From the sequence record NC_054931.1: a stretch of DNA of 64,000 nucleotides; one strand, 5' to 3'. The translations under genes were made by a program, and so were the position numbers. This DNA is from Escherichia phage T2. A model generated the notes under the pieces. It saw only the letters and a list, made by a program, of their open reading frames with translations, made no database searches and had not been told where the DNA came from. Shown here in pieces: positions 40,849 through 50,708 of this stretch (position 1 is the first letter of the stretch; each line of letters begins with the position of its first letter).

Positions 40849-42662
40849 TGATGCTTAACCCTATGCATGATTTCTTTATTTTTGCCGAGATTAAATCCAC
40901 GTTCGTTCGGATTTCCCAAATAACCACACGTTCTTCTTATTGTGTTCATCTTTTTAGGATCAGTTTCTCCACAAATAGAACAAACAAATCCGTTTTCAGT
41001 AGGAGTCATTTCATGGGTACTTCCACATGTAAAACATTTATCTACCGGCATGTTAACACCAAAATAATCTAAATGTTGTGCAGCATAATCCCATACGGCC
41101 TCAAGACCCTTTAAGTTATTTTTCATATCAGGAAGTTCAACATAAGAAATGTGACCACCTGTCGCAATGAAATGATATGGCGCTTCACGAGAAATCTTTT
41201 CAAACGGAGTAATATTTTCTTCTACTGAAACATGGAAACTGTTAGTGTACCAGCCTTTATCGGTAACATCTTTTACGCTTCCATATTTTTCTGTATCGAG
41301 TTTACAGAAGCGATAACAAAGGTTTTCAGCAGGAGTAGAATATAAACTAAAAGCAAATCCGGTTCTTTCAGTCCACTGTTTAAGATGAGCATTCATTTTA
41401 GTTAAAATTTCTCGTCCAATATCACGACCGACAAGAATATTCAATTCGTGAATACCAATGTATCCTAAAGACACTGAACTTCTACCGTTTTTAAATAACT
41501 CAATTATGTCGTCATCAGGTTTAAGACGAACCCCGAATGCACCTTCTTGGTAAAGAATAGGAGCAACAGTAGCTTTAACTCCTTTTAAGGAACTAATTCT
41601 ACACATCAAAGCTTCAAAACATAAATCCATTCGTTCATTGAACAATTCAACAAATTTCTGTTCATTGAACTGTGTTCCAATATAAGAATCTAACGCGATG
41701 CGAGGAAGATTCAGTGTTACAACACCAAGATTATTACGTCCATCAAGAATTTCATTGCCAGTCGAATCTTTCCATACGCCCAAGAAACTACGGCAACCCA
41801 TTGGAGAAACAGGAACAGATGAACCAGTGATAGCTTTATTGTTCTTAGCTGAAATAATATCAGGATACATCCTTTTGCTTGCACACTCTAAAGCAAGCTG
41901 CTTAATATCATAGTTCGGATCGTCTTTATAAAGATTAACACCTTCTTCAACGAACATAACAAGCTTAGGGAAAATAGGAGTTATCCCATCACGGCCAAGA
42001 CCTTTAATGCGATTTTTCAGAATTGCTTTCTGAATCATTCGTTCAGTCCAGTCAGTTCCCGTACCAAATGTAATTGTTACAAAAGGCGTTTGTCCGTTTG
42101 AACTAAAGAGAGTATTTACTTCATATTCATAAGCTTGGAATGCATCGTATACGTCTTTTTCTGTTTTAGATTGAGCATAATTCAACGCATCAGCGATTTG
42201 CCATTTTTCTGCATCCTCAATATGTTTTGCATATGTGCGTTTAACATAAGGAGAAAGTACTTTATCTACATTGGCAAAAGTCGTTCCGCCGTATTGGTGA
42301 GAAGCAACCTGTGCAGTAATTTGTGCCATAATTGCAGTAGCAACGCCAATTGATTTAGGAGTTTCAATCTGTGCATTACCAAGCTTAAATCCGTTTTCAA
42401 GCATTCCTTTTAAATCTACTAAACAGCAATTAGTAAATGGAAGAGCAGGGGAATAATCAATATCATGGAAATGAATAATTCCGCTTTCATGCGCTTTCAT
42501 AATAAAAGACGGGACCATATTTTTGGCAATGTGTTTAGACACAATACCAGCCATAAGGTCCCGTTGAGTTGGAAAAACACGAGAATCTTTATTAGCATTC
42601 TCGTTTAAAAGGTCTTTATTAGTTTTATGAATCAATCCTTCAATTTCTTTTTCAATTGTCAT
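40845..42662 (-). CDS. nrdD: anaerobic ribonucleotide reductase NrdD, intronless
   Basis: 605-aa continuous ORF; C-terminal glycyl-radical motif RTCGYLG and zinc site CFTCGS...CSICG. Confidence 0.9.
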   Translation of the reverse strand: MTIEKEIEGLIHKTNKDLLNENANKDSRVFPTQRDLMAGIVSKHIAKNMVPSFIMKAHESGIIHFHDIDYSPALPFTNCCLVDLKGMLENGFKLGNAQIETPKSIGVATAIMAQITAQVASHQYGGTTFANVDKVLSPYVKRTYAKHIEDAEKWQIADALNYAQSKTEKDVYDAFQAYEYEVNTLFSSNGQTPFVTITFGTGTDWTERMIQKAILKNRIKGLGRDGITPIFPKLVMFVEEGVNLYKDDPNYDIKQLALECASKRMYPDIISAKNNKAITGSSVPVSPMGCRSFLGVWKDSTGNEILDGRNNLGVVTLNLPRIALDSYIGTQFNEQKFVELFNERMDLCFEALMCRISSLKGVKATVAPILYQEGAFGVRLKPDDDIIELFKNGRSSVSLGYIGIHELNILVGRDIGREILTKMNAHLKQWTERTGFAFSLYSTPAENLCYRFCKLDTEKYGSVKDVTDKGWYTNSFHVSVEENITPFEKISREAPYHFIATGGHISYVELPDMKNNLKGLEAVWDYAAQHLDYFGVNMPVDKCFTCGSTHEMTPTENGFVCSICGETDPKKMNTIRRTCGYLGNPNERGFNLGKNKEIMHRVKHQ

Positions 42663-43132
42663 TTTAAACTCTTTCTAAGCTGCTTCTTGAATGAAGCTAT
42701 TAACTGTGTTTTGGTGTCAGATTCATTATATTCAAATCCTCTTTGAAGCATCTCGGCCATCATTTCCTCTTTTCCTAAACGAGAAAATTCCTTTGATTTA
42801 TCTCCAACAAAGTTAGGGTGAATATTATTTTGGGTGTAATCGGATTTTAAGTAAGTAAGTAAATTTTCTAACCATTCAAGATAATCAACCCCTTGTCCCT
42901 TTAAGCCAGAACGATTAAATTTGTGCTTCATTTGACCTTCTGCGGCATTGCAGAGATTACAAAGCAATCCACGCACCTTTCCTGCTTTTGGTCCATTTAA
43001 TTCATGGTCATGGTCGAGGTGATTAGCTTGAACATCAGGATTTAGTTCTCGTTGGCAAATTAAGCATTTACCGTTTTGTGCATTATAAAATTTTTGTTTT
43101 TCTTCTTTGTATAATTTGCCAGTCAATAACAT
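42659..43132 (-). CDS. 49: endonuclease VII (Holliday junction resolvase) gp49
   Basis: 157-aa ORF matching recalled endo VII sequence (MLLTGKLYKEEKQKFY...HLDHDHELNGPKAGKVRGLLCNLCN). Confidence 0.95.
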   Translation of the reverse strand: MLLTGKLYKEEKQKFYNAQNGKCLICQRELNPDVQANHLDHDHELNGPKAGKVRGLLCNLCNAAEGQMKHKFNRSGLKGQGVDYLEWLENLLTYLKSDYTQNNIHPNFVGDKSKEFSRLGKEEMMAEMLQRGFEYNESDTKTQLIASFKKQLRKSLK

Positions 43133-43173
43133 AATAAACCCTTACCTTAAATAGATAAGGGTATTTATTATTT

Positions 43174-43659
43174 TCAAGTATTGTAAAACATTTGATGCAA
43201 TCGCTTATATTGCTGAATCATTCGGTCAGAAAAAGAAATTTGAGTTTCAAGCCATTCAATGTACTCTGCGGCAGCTTGCATTAAATTTCCTTCATAGCCA
43301 TCGTTATTTTCTTGTGCAGCTAATTTAGCTAATGCGTATGAAATACGTTCACCTTGAAAATCGGCTTTAGGCTTCTGAACAACTTGATTAGTTCGCTCTA
43401 CAACTTCTTCAATTTCGCCATTTTCGACTGATTCAGTATTCCACAAACACCAGTATGTAATTGGCTTATCGTAGATGTTAATAATCTTTCCATCAGAAAG
43501 TTCAATTTCAATAATTCCAGTATCAGGTTCTATATCATCTTCACATTCTTTTGCAAGTTCACGAACTTTAAAGACAGTACCTGCACTAAGTTCCGGCCAG
43601 TAATTACATAGCCCTGTATCAGCACGATTAATTCTAAACCACTTATCTACTGTAATCAT
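43174..43659 (-). CDS. pin: Pin-like protein (protease inhibitor) by position and length
   Basis: ATG at 43659 gives 161 aa, matching T4 Pin length. Confidence 0.45.
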   Translation of the reverse strand: MITVDKWFRINRADTGLCNYWPELSAGTVFKVRELAKECEDDIEPDTGIIEIELSDGKIINIYDKPITYWCLWNTESVENGEIEEVVERTNQVVQKPKADFQGERISYALAKLAAQENNDGYEGNLMQAAAEYIEWLETQISFSDRMIQQYKRLHQMFYNT

Positions 43660-43782
43660 GTCCCATCTCCATATCAATTAAGTCATTTATCGTTGGTTCA
43701 TTATATACTGTTTCTTCATCAGTGTAAACCGGTTCTTCCGGCTCTGGCTCTACAGTTTCCCATCTAGCCGCCCACCAAGGTT

Positions 43783-43965
43783 TTATAGCGTAATCCATTC
43801 TCGTACTGTCTGAGTTACTACACGTTCTCGAAGCTCAACCAGTTCAACGGTAGGAACTGCATAATACCAGTCAGAATGGTAAGAACCTGAGCGAGATTCA
43901 TTTACAGCCATGTACATTATGTTTTGGACTAAAATAAACACACTGACGATATTGGCATTTACCAT
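43783..43965 (-). CDS. hypothetical protein
   Basis: 60-aa ORF. Confidence 0.3.
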   Translation of the reverse strand: MVNANIVSVFILVQNIMYMAVNESRSGSYHSDWYYAVPTVELVELRERVVTQTVREWITL

Positions 43966-44101
43966 CTTGCACCCAGTCTTCTATTTCGATAGGTTTAAGA
44001 TAGTCGGAAAAATCGAAATCATAGTTTTCCGAAAATGCATCATGGTCTTCGATGATTTCGCTCAGAACTGCATCAACATCTAATTTATTTTCAATAGTCA
44101 T
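43898..44101 (-). CDS. hypothetical protein
   Basis: 67-aa ORF. Confidence 0.3.
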   Translation of the reverse strand: MTIENKLDVDAVLSEIIEDHDAFSENYDFDFSDYLKPIEIEDWVQDGKCQYRQCVYFSPKHNVHGCK

Positions 44102-44112
44102 TTTTTCACCAA

Positions 44113-44322
44113 TTAATTTCGCAATTTATTAAGTTCTTCATAATCAATCCAGGATTCTAATCCTGATGGCAAATCAGATTCAATTTCCCAAAGAAGTTCT
44201 TCAATTTTATGAAGACGATCTAATTCTTCAGCTGGAATAGTAACCATTGATGGAGTTCTTGATACACTAATATCGTAAATCATATTTACCCCAGTTTGAC
44301 CATACAATCGCCGTATTTCCAC
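44113..44322 (-). CDS. hypothetical protein
   Basis: 69-aa ORF. Confidence 0.3.
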   Translation of the reverse strand: MEIRRLYGQTGVNMIYDISVSRTPSMVTIPAEELDRLHKIEELLWEIESDLPSGLESWIDYEELNKLRN

Positions 44323-44501
44323 TTAGAAATAGACTTTTCACCGTTAGAATAATAAACTTCGAGTTTAGCACGATTATTTTTAATTTGAATAACCTTGGCT
44401 GTCATCAAAGTTCCATACCCATAGTAAACTGCAACTTCATCACCTACATATACCGCGCTTCCGCGGTAATCATGGATATAATCAGTTCCTTCGAGAATCA
44501 T
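44286..44501 (-). CDS. hypothetical protein
   Basis: 71-aa ORF. Confidence 0.3.
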   Translation of the reverse strand: MILEGTDYIHDYRGSAVYVGDEVAVYYGYGTLMTAKVIQIKNNRAKLEVYYSNGEKSISKWKYGDCMVKLG

Positions 44502-44761
44502 TTAAAGTATTCCCGCAATTGGTCAAATCCACCAATATGACTTCCATCAGGAGCAAATACCTGAGGCATTGTTAAGCCGATTTGAGTATCACGACCTAGT
44601 TTAGTCAGAAGCTCAGCAATTTTCTCATCGTCAAAAACACCTTTTTCCGGCATAATGTTGATAAATTCAAACGGCTGTTTCTTCACAGCCAAAAGACGTT
44701 TTGCATTATCGCAATACACACATTTATGGATGTTGCTATCATAACCATATACTTTAAACAT
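44498..44761 (-). CDS. nrdC: NrdC thioredoxin/glutaredoxin
   Basis: 87-aa ORF with CVYC redox motif; matches recalled T4 NrdC. Confidence 0.9.
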   Translation of the reverse strand: MFKVYGYDSNIHKCVYCDNAKRLLAVKKQPFEFINIMPEKGVFDDEKIAELLTKLGRDTQIGLTMPQVFAPDGSHIGGFDQLREYFK

Positions 44762-44762
44762 A

Positions 44763-45146
44763 TTATTCCTTAATTCCTAGTACTTGTTTAAAAGTCTCAT
44801 CGTAATCAAGACTTTGGCCCGTTTGTTCTTTATGTTTGTATATAATATCACTTACTTCTGATAGCATATTTTTATATGAACGAGTTAAAGCTGATTTAAG
44901 CACGCTGTATCTATCAGGAAATTTACCATGTTCATTATAATAAGCTATTGCTAATTCACGGACTGCCTTTTCAGCAGTCTCCATATATTCTTTACGCTTT
45001 GTCATTTTCTTCTCGGTCAAATCGGTGTTTACAATGGCGACATTTATAACGAAGATTACTAGTCTGCCAATGGACCAATTGCACCTGTTCAGTTCCACAT
45101 TCAGGGCAATTAGGAACGTTTTTAGAAGCCCTTTCGCGGCGTTCAA
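44763..45146 (-). CDS. hypothetical protein
   Basis: 127-aa ORF. Confidence 0.35.
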
Positions 45147-45296
45147 CCATGACCATTACAGAATCCCAATTAACAGGAGGGCTAATCATCGCAACCATGA
45201 ATCTTTCCACGCACTTTCAGATCGTCTTCTTCACCAGCCATAATAATTTTAATTACTGGAATTACTAGAAGCTGCAATATCTTCTAATAGACGCTT

Positions 45297-46223
45297 TCAT
45301 TTCAACACCTCAATAGCATTACGTAAACCATTTGCTTTGGCGGTTAAAGCCTTAAGAACTTTAGTATGCTCTTCAATTTGTTTTTCAACTTCAATCAAAC
45401 GAGCATTGAGATATTCACGTTCTTCTTTCATAGTATCATTCCCATGATTGGGTTTTGGTGCAGATTTAAATTCACTAGGGTCCTTTAACTTAATAACAAA
45501 TTTAGTTTCAAACAGTGAAAGACCATAATTCGTATTATCATCAAAGGATTTGACTACATCCATATCAGATAATAACACGCGCAAATTATAAGCCAAAGAA
45601 CTAATAGTTTCATTATGTTTATTAGCTTCGCGTGGTTTCATATACGGAAGATTTTTATATATCTCGTGCGGAGCACAAACAATAATTGACAATTCAAATT
45701 GTCCATTCTGGGACGATGGAGTGAATTTAGCCGTAACCCAGTCTTTTACATTCACATTAATAGTACGGTTATCACCATGACAAAACAGTCTACGAGAATG
45801 CTTAAAAAGCATATTCACGTTATTATTGAATTCGTGTGAAAATTCACTAGCAAATTTTTCTTTACTATCTTTAGAAAACCATTCTTCTAAATAAGTTCTT
45901 TTCACGTCGTTAATAATATTAAATGTAACAACACTAGCATTTGATACATTAGTCTCAATGTAGCTTGGATACATAAATTTTTTAACATTATTAACAGCTA
46001 TCACAGAAGATAGTAATCGGGAACGTTTGAACCACTCGAGCAAAGAACCAAGAGAATGTGAATACGCATTTTGTGTATCTTTACAAATATGGTTTTCCCA
46101 TCCAATATAATCTAAAAAATCACGAAGAATATTATTGATTACTGCTCTGTGTCCAATCTGATAATTACGGTGTTTAGTAATAAGACTGCCAAAATAATCA
46201 ATATAATGTTTACGAGTTTTCAT
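45297..46223 (-). CDS. hypothetical protein, MKTR-family paralog with coiled-coil C-terminus
   Basis: 308-aa ORF; shares N-terminal MKTR and C-terminal coiled-coil tail with ORF 47334-48356. Confidence 0.4.
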   Translation of the reverse strand: MKTRKHYIDYFGSLITKHRNYQIGHRAVINNILRDFLDYIGWENHICKDTQNAYSHSLGSLLEWFKRSRLLSSVIAVNNVKKFMYPSYIETNVSNASVVTFNIINDVKRTYLEEWFSKDSKEKFASEFSHEFNNNVNMLFKHSRRLFCHGDNRTINVNVKDWVTAKFTPSSQNGQFELSIIVCAPHEIYKNLPYMKPREANKHNETISSLAYNLRVLLSDMDVVKSFDDNTNYGLSLFETKFVIKLKDPSEFKSAPKPNHGNDTMKEEREYLNARLIEVEKQIEEHTKVLKALTAKANGLRNAIEVLK

Positions 46224-46277
46224 GTTCTTCTCACTTGGTTAATGATTTATACTCCGAGCCATCCTTGGCTTTAAATT

Positions 46278-46790
46278 TTACTTAATTAACTGTAAAGCTT
46301 GTTCAAGACGATCCAGGCGATTAACAGATTCTTCCCAAATCCTTTTAGCCTGCTCATATTCTTTCTGCGCTTTATTAGAAATTTCTAGAACTTCTTTATA
46401 AGCTTTTTCTAGTGCAATAACTTCTGGACGAATTTCTACCGGTTCAGGTGAATCGTCAAGACATTCCATTAGTTCCTCAAGGGTAGTTTCTTCTTTAGGA
46501 GTATTCACAATTTCATCACATTTTTGTTGGTAAATTTCTTTATCAGTCGGTGAGTACGCACACTTTACTTCACGAAGACTAACTACAATTTTATATCCTT
46601 CCCAACCGCATATATTCTTAAAAGGATATGTATGAATATTTTCTACTGTTTCCATACAAAGTAATGCGGTCTCTAATTGACGAGTTATAGTGCTAGCAAT
46701 TGAGAAAAATTTATTAATATTCTTTTGGTTAGTTTCTGGTGTAAAAAATTCATAATTCACAAAAAGCTGCTTTATTTTTATCAAGTTCAT
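46278..46790 (-). CDS. hypothetical protein
   Basis: 170-aa ORF. Confidence 0.35.
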   Translation of the reverse strand: MNLIKIKQLFVNYEFFTPETNQKNINKFFSIASTITRQLETALLCMETVENIHTYPFKNICGWEGYKIVVSLREVKCAYSPTDKEIYQQKCDEIVNTPKEETTLEELMECLDDSPEPVEIRPEVIALEKAYKEVLEISNKAQKEYEQAKRIWEESVNRLDRLEQALQLIK

Positions 46791-47217
46791 ATTCTTTTAT
46801 GATAATCATATCAGAAGCCAAAGGATGAATTTGACGATAATCACCATAACATAATTTAGAAGCTGATTTTAGAATTTGCTTCTTAAAAAGTCTGAAATTA
46901 CTAATCCAACGACGAGTAAAAATATTCTCAGGGTCTTCTTTGACATTAAGATGATAAGAATTAACATCACCGAACCAATTATATCCTACTACATCTTTGG
47001 TTCGTTTAATTTCTTTCCCAAAATTACCAAGAATATCCCGATTAACCAAATATGAAAGAAGACGAGACTCTTTAAAGGTTTTCTTGATAACATCTTTATC
47101 TACACGGCTAGAAATTTTACGAATTTCATGAATAAATTTAGCAGAAGAAACAATACCTGCATCAACACTATTGAGCCATTGATTGATAATAGAAAGAACA
47201 CTATTTTGGCCAAACAT
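46750..47217 (-). CDS. hypothetical protein
   Basis: 155-aa ORF; weak SD; overlapped upstream by a short hydrophobic ORF with strong SD. Confidence 0.35.
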   Translation of the reverse strand: MFGQNSVLSIINQWLNSVDAGIVSSAKFIHEIRKISSRVDKDVIKKTFKESRLLSYLVNRDILGNFGKEIKRTKDVVGYNWFGDVNSYHLNVKEDPENIFTRRWISNFRLFKKQILKSASKLCYGDYRQIHPLASDMIIIKEYELDKNKAAFCEL

Positions 47218-47304
47218 CGGTATAGCTTTATCATCAATACACTATTGAATGATTTGATATATTCGTTACGAGTCATAATAATCTCCTCAGTAGAAAGTAA
47301 GAAC

Positions 47305-47334
47305 ATTATACCACATCCTTGTGGCAAAGTAAAC
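47305..47334 (-). promoter_or_regulatory. T4-type early promoter (near-identical to the rIIA promoter copy)
   Basis: attataccacatccttgtggcaaagtaaac versus attataccacatccttgtggtaaagtaaac at 2429-2458. Confidence 0.55.
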
Positions 47335-48356
47335 TAGTTCAGTGCATTTAGTGCATTGTTCAGTTTAGAACGTTGCTTCGTGAGATTTTTGACTTTTTCT
47401 TGTGCTTTTTCTAGCATCTTTTCAGCTTCTAACACTTCATTAGTTGCTTTAACGAGTTCATCATCTACTGCCTTGATAGACTTCTCAATCGCATCCGCGT
47501 GCCATTTTTCAACAGGTTTAAGACTCGGATTTTCAATAGGAAGAAAATTCACTTTATTGAATTTCCATGCATCTTTATTACCTGAACTATACATCCAAAA
47601 TTTAGGATCGTTTGATAAGTAATTAGATAAATTTAAGTTATCTTGCACTTCCTGCTTTTTCTCTTGTACAACTTCGTCCTTTCTCAAAAAATCGTATTTA
47701 AATAAAACGACCATATCAAGTTCATACGTTGTTGTGCCTAATTTAAATCGTTCGAAATGCTGTGAAATCTTAGACTGAACACTAGCAACAACATCCATAT
47801 ACTTAAATGCTTCTATCAACTGTGATTTAAGGCATTCACAAATTGAAAGAGAATTTTTTGTATTAGGTTTAAAGCTAATTCGTGCAGTTCTATTATTTTC
47901 TTTTAATGGTCTTACTTCCATCTGAAGAGTATAACCATCAAATTTCAGATTCTTTAAGTTAATATCAGAACCTTTTAATCGACTAGCAGTCGACAAAATT
48001 TGCTTTAATTGTTTACGGAATAGAGCAATAAATCTCCATTCAAGACGATAATGATTTGGATTAAAAAATCCTGTTGATAAATCAACCTTACTCTGACCAA
48101 CGCCTTGAACAAATAGAGGATTTTTATAATCAATAGTTTTACAGAAATCAACGAGCTGCTCACGAGCAGTCATTTGTGTAATATACCCTGCTTCATTAAA
48201 ATTACGCACCCATTCACTGCTGTTCAGATGTTTAAAGGCGTGAATGGAACAATTAACTTTATTAAGGTCTAAATTATTTTCACACAAAAATGTCATAGCA
48301 TCACGAGTATAGCTGGCATTACGAACCATATCTTCAATTTGAGAACGAGTTTTCAT
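47334..48356 (-). CDS. hypothetical protein, MKTR-family paralog
   Basis: 340-aa ORF. Confidence 0.4.
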   Translation of the reverse strand: MKTRSQIEDMVRNASYTRDAMTFLCENNLDLNKVNCSIHAFKHLNSSEWVRNFNEAGYITQMTAREQLVDFCKTIDYKNPLFVQGVGQSKVDLSTGFFNPNHYRLEWRFIALFRKQLKQILSTASRLKGSDINLKNLKFDGYTLQMEVRPLKENNRTARISFKPNTKNSLSICECLKSQLIEAFKYMDVVASVQSKISQHFERFKLGTTTYELDMVVLFKYDFLRKDEVVQEKKQEVQDNLNLSNYLSNDPKFWMYSSGNKDAWKFNKVNFLPIENPSLKPVEKWHADAIEKSIKAVDDELVKATNEVLEAEKMLEKAQEKVKNLTKQRSKLNNALNALN

Positions 48357-48364
48357 GGTGTTCC

Positions 48365-48562
48365 TTAAGATTTAAGTAAATCAACAATTTTAATTAATTT
48401 TTCACGTTCAGATTTAGCTTTACTACTCAATCCAGATAGTCTAAAGATTTCATCGTCATATTGTTGAATAGAAATATTCAGCTCTTCAATCTGTTTATTA
48501 AAATAATCAATTTGTTCAGAATGTTTTTCGTTACTACGAACTGGTACAGGTTTTGTAGGCAA
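48365..48562 (-). CDS. hypothetical protein
   Basis: 65-aa ORF. Confidence 0.3.
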   Translation of the reverse strand: MPTKPVPVRSNEKHSEQIDYFNKQIEELNISIQQYDDEIFRLSGLSSKAKSEREKLIKIVDLLKS

Positions 48563-48649
48563 TTTAGTTGAACTGGATTCATTCGGGCGATAAATTAAAA
48601 TGCAATTTGAACCAATCGGGCATTTAGCACCAGATGAATATTCTAACGT

Positions 48650-49198
48650 TCAAGCTTCTTTTAAAACTTCAAAAGCTAAACAGAGATGATGCCCCATATT
48701 GACATAATCTGTAGAGCGAGCTCTGACGTAATAATCATCTCCACGAGTACTAAATTTAAAGCATTTAAGGTCTTCTGTATTATTAGTTTTAAAAATCATT
48801 TGTTTATCTAGACCTTTAGCTAATCGAGCGCCTAATGCTAATAATCGTCGTTGATTTTCCCACAAATCCGCAATCATTTGATCGAATGATAATTTCGGCA
48901 TTAGTCGGCCATAAAGGTCATATCCTTTATTATAATTACGAAGGATTTCACTCGCGTTAATACGAGACAATGCTCCAATTTTATTAAGGGCTTTCATGAT
49001 GCGATTAGATAAACTCATTCCAGACCCGTTTGTTCGCTGTAAATGTTTTTCTAATCCAAATCCAATATCAACTTTAAATTTATCTAAAATTTCAGCATGA
49101 ACATCTCTGTCAATAACATTCAAATCCAAAGTTGGGTTAAATCTATGAAAAAATTTATCTGGCTCTCCACGACGAAGTACAGTCCATTCATTCATCAT
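48650..49198 (-). CDS. hypothetical protein
   Basis: 182-aa ORF. Confidence 0.35.
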   Translation of the reverse strand: MMNEWTVLRRGEPDKFFHRFNPTLDLNVIDRDVHAEILDKFKVDIGFGLEKHLQRTNGSGMSLSNRIMKALNKIGALSRINASEILRNYNKGYDLYGRLMPKLSFDQMIADLWENQRRLLALGARLAKGLDKQMIFKTNNTEDLKCFKFSTRGDDYYVRARSTDYVNMGHHLCLAFEVLKEA

Positions 49199-49361
49199 TT
49201 TTTATTAACTAAAGATTTAATTACTGCATTGACATTATTAATTACTACTGACATATTTTCCTCACTCAATTTTACTAATTACGCGGAATAAGATTGAACA
49301 GACTATATAAGTACCACATATAGATTGAACTAATACCATTCCAAAGAACCAAACAATATTA

Positions 49362-49661
49362 TCAAACAATGTCTGTTTTACGTCGAAAGGACGTAAACTT
49401 ACAGTAATTATCGCCTTTTTCTATTGATGAATACATCTCTGGCGAAATATATTCGCTAAATCTATAACCGTCTTTGAGTTCATATACGGCAATAAACGAT
49501 AAACTAGACCCCTTTCCTTGAGTTCCTGTAAGGGTATTAACTACAGTAACATCATAATCTTTATAATGCATATAATCATTAATTGCGTAATAACCATATG
49601 CAATTACTATACATAAACAACATATCAATAAATTCAATCTTTTAATTATCAACTGTTTCAT
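49362..49661 (-). CDS. hypothetical membrane-anchored protein
   Basis: 99-aa ORF with N-terminal hydrophobic segment. Confidence 0.35.
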   Translation of the reverse strand: MKQLIIKRLNLLICCLCIVIAYGYYAINDYMHYKDYDVTVVNTLTGTQGKGSSLSFIAVYELKDGYRFSEYISPEMYSSIEKGDNYCKFTSFRRKTDIV

Positions 49662-49716
49662 AATAATCTCAATTAAAAGGGCTTAGAACCATTATACCAT
49701 CCTTGGTATAAAGCGG

Positions 49717-50244
49717 TTATGCGAGTACCGTCTTTAACCGTTCTTCAAACTTCCGAAGAGTATTTTGGCGTTCAGCTCTTTGCTTTTTGTAAGTTTCAAT
49801 ACGCTCTGAAATGAGAGTGTATCGTTCATTTACTGATTCTTTCATAAAATCAGGAATTTCACGAGAAGCTTTAATCTCGTCAAATTTATCAATAACAGCT
49901 TGCTCTTCAGCAATTAAGTTATCATACATCAAAATATCTTTCTTGATGAACTCAATATCTTCTTGAGTTACACGAGATAACTTAGATGCTTTATCCTTTT
50001 TGTACTGTTCGTTAGTATCACGAGACCAGTGTAATGTACGATTTTTATTCGTATTTTTGTAAATTTCTACAATACCAATCTCATCGATAATAACGATCCA
50101 ATTCCAACGGGATTTGTAAATTTGTCCTCCATCAACTGTGATTTCACCTCCGATTGAGATGTCATTAAAGAACTTGCTTTGTGCTTCAGATTTAAATTTA
50201 CCATCGTTGTAATTTACCAGGTTGAAAATATCTTTAGCGTTCAT
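49717..50244 (-). CDS. hypothetical protein
   Basis: ORF; track start lies inside promoter cassette, so ATG at 50244 (MNAKDIF) preferred. Confidence 0.4.
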   Translation of the reverse strand: MNAKDIFNLVNYNDGKFKSEAQSKFFNDISIGGEITVDGGQIYKSRWNWIVIIDEIGIVEIYKNTNKNRTLHWSRDTNEQYKKDKASKLSRVTQEDIEFIKKDILMYDNLIAEEQAVIDKFDEIKASREIPDFMKESVNERYTLISERIETYKKQRAERQNTLRKFEERLKTVLA

Positions 50245-50272
50245 TTTCTGTTCATCCGTAGTTGATAGTTGT

Positions 50273-50302
50273 ATAGTACCACAGAGGAACGGTCTTGTAA
50301 AC
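50273..50302 (-). promoter_or_regulatory. T4-type early promoter in repeated cassette
   Basis: gtaaac 50297-50302; cassette shared with 24943-24990. Confidence 0.55.
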
Positions 50303-50304
50303 AA

Positions 50305-50619
50305 CTAAAAGAAACTTCTTTCACAATTTTTTCCACTGAACCACGCGCTCACTGCTTTCTTAGTCTCAGGAGCAGTGTTATCCATAAACCATTCAAAGGC
50401 AGCCTTTTTATGATTCTGGAGGGCTTCTCGGGCTTTAATCTGCTCACGGTCTATTAACACTAACATATGAGCCTTTCTTGTCACCAGGGGCTTCTTATGA
50501 TTTTTTGAATATTCCCAATCATTTGTCCATCGCATCGTTGTTGCGAATTGAAATACAGCTTCTTTAATCTTAGTTTCGTAAATTTCACGAGCCTTTGAGT
50601 ATAACATCATTACCTCCAT
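50305..50619 (-). CDS. hypothetical protein
   Basis: 104-aa ORF. Confidence 0.35.
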   Translation of the reverse strand: MEVMMLYSKAREIYETKIKEAVFQFATTMRWTNDWEYSKNHKKPLVTRKAHMLVLIDREQIKAREALQNHKKAAFEWFMDNTAPETKKAVSAWFSGKNCERSFF

Positions 50620-50708
50620 TTACCAGTTTAATTCTAGTCATCTTTTTGATGGCAGTCCATATAATCTATTTCTGAACTGCCTTTTTGTCATAGAAGGCCT
50701 CTTATGAA

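Noticed and set aside
47100-47327. 75-aa hydrophobic ORF with strong SD (start MTRNEYIK at 47276) overlapping the 155-aa ORF
   Set aside because: Cannot tell whether it is a real small membrane protein, the true N-terminus of a frameshifted gene, or a shadow ORF; no second line of evidence
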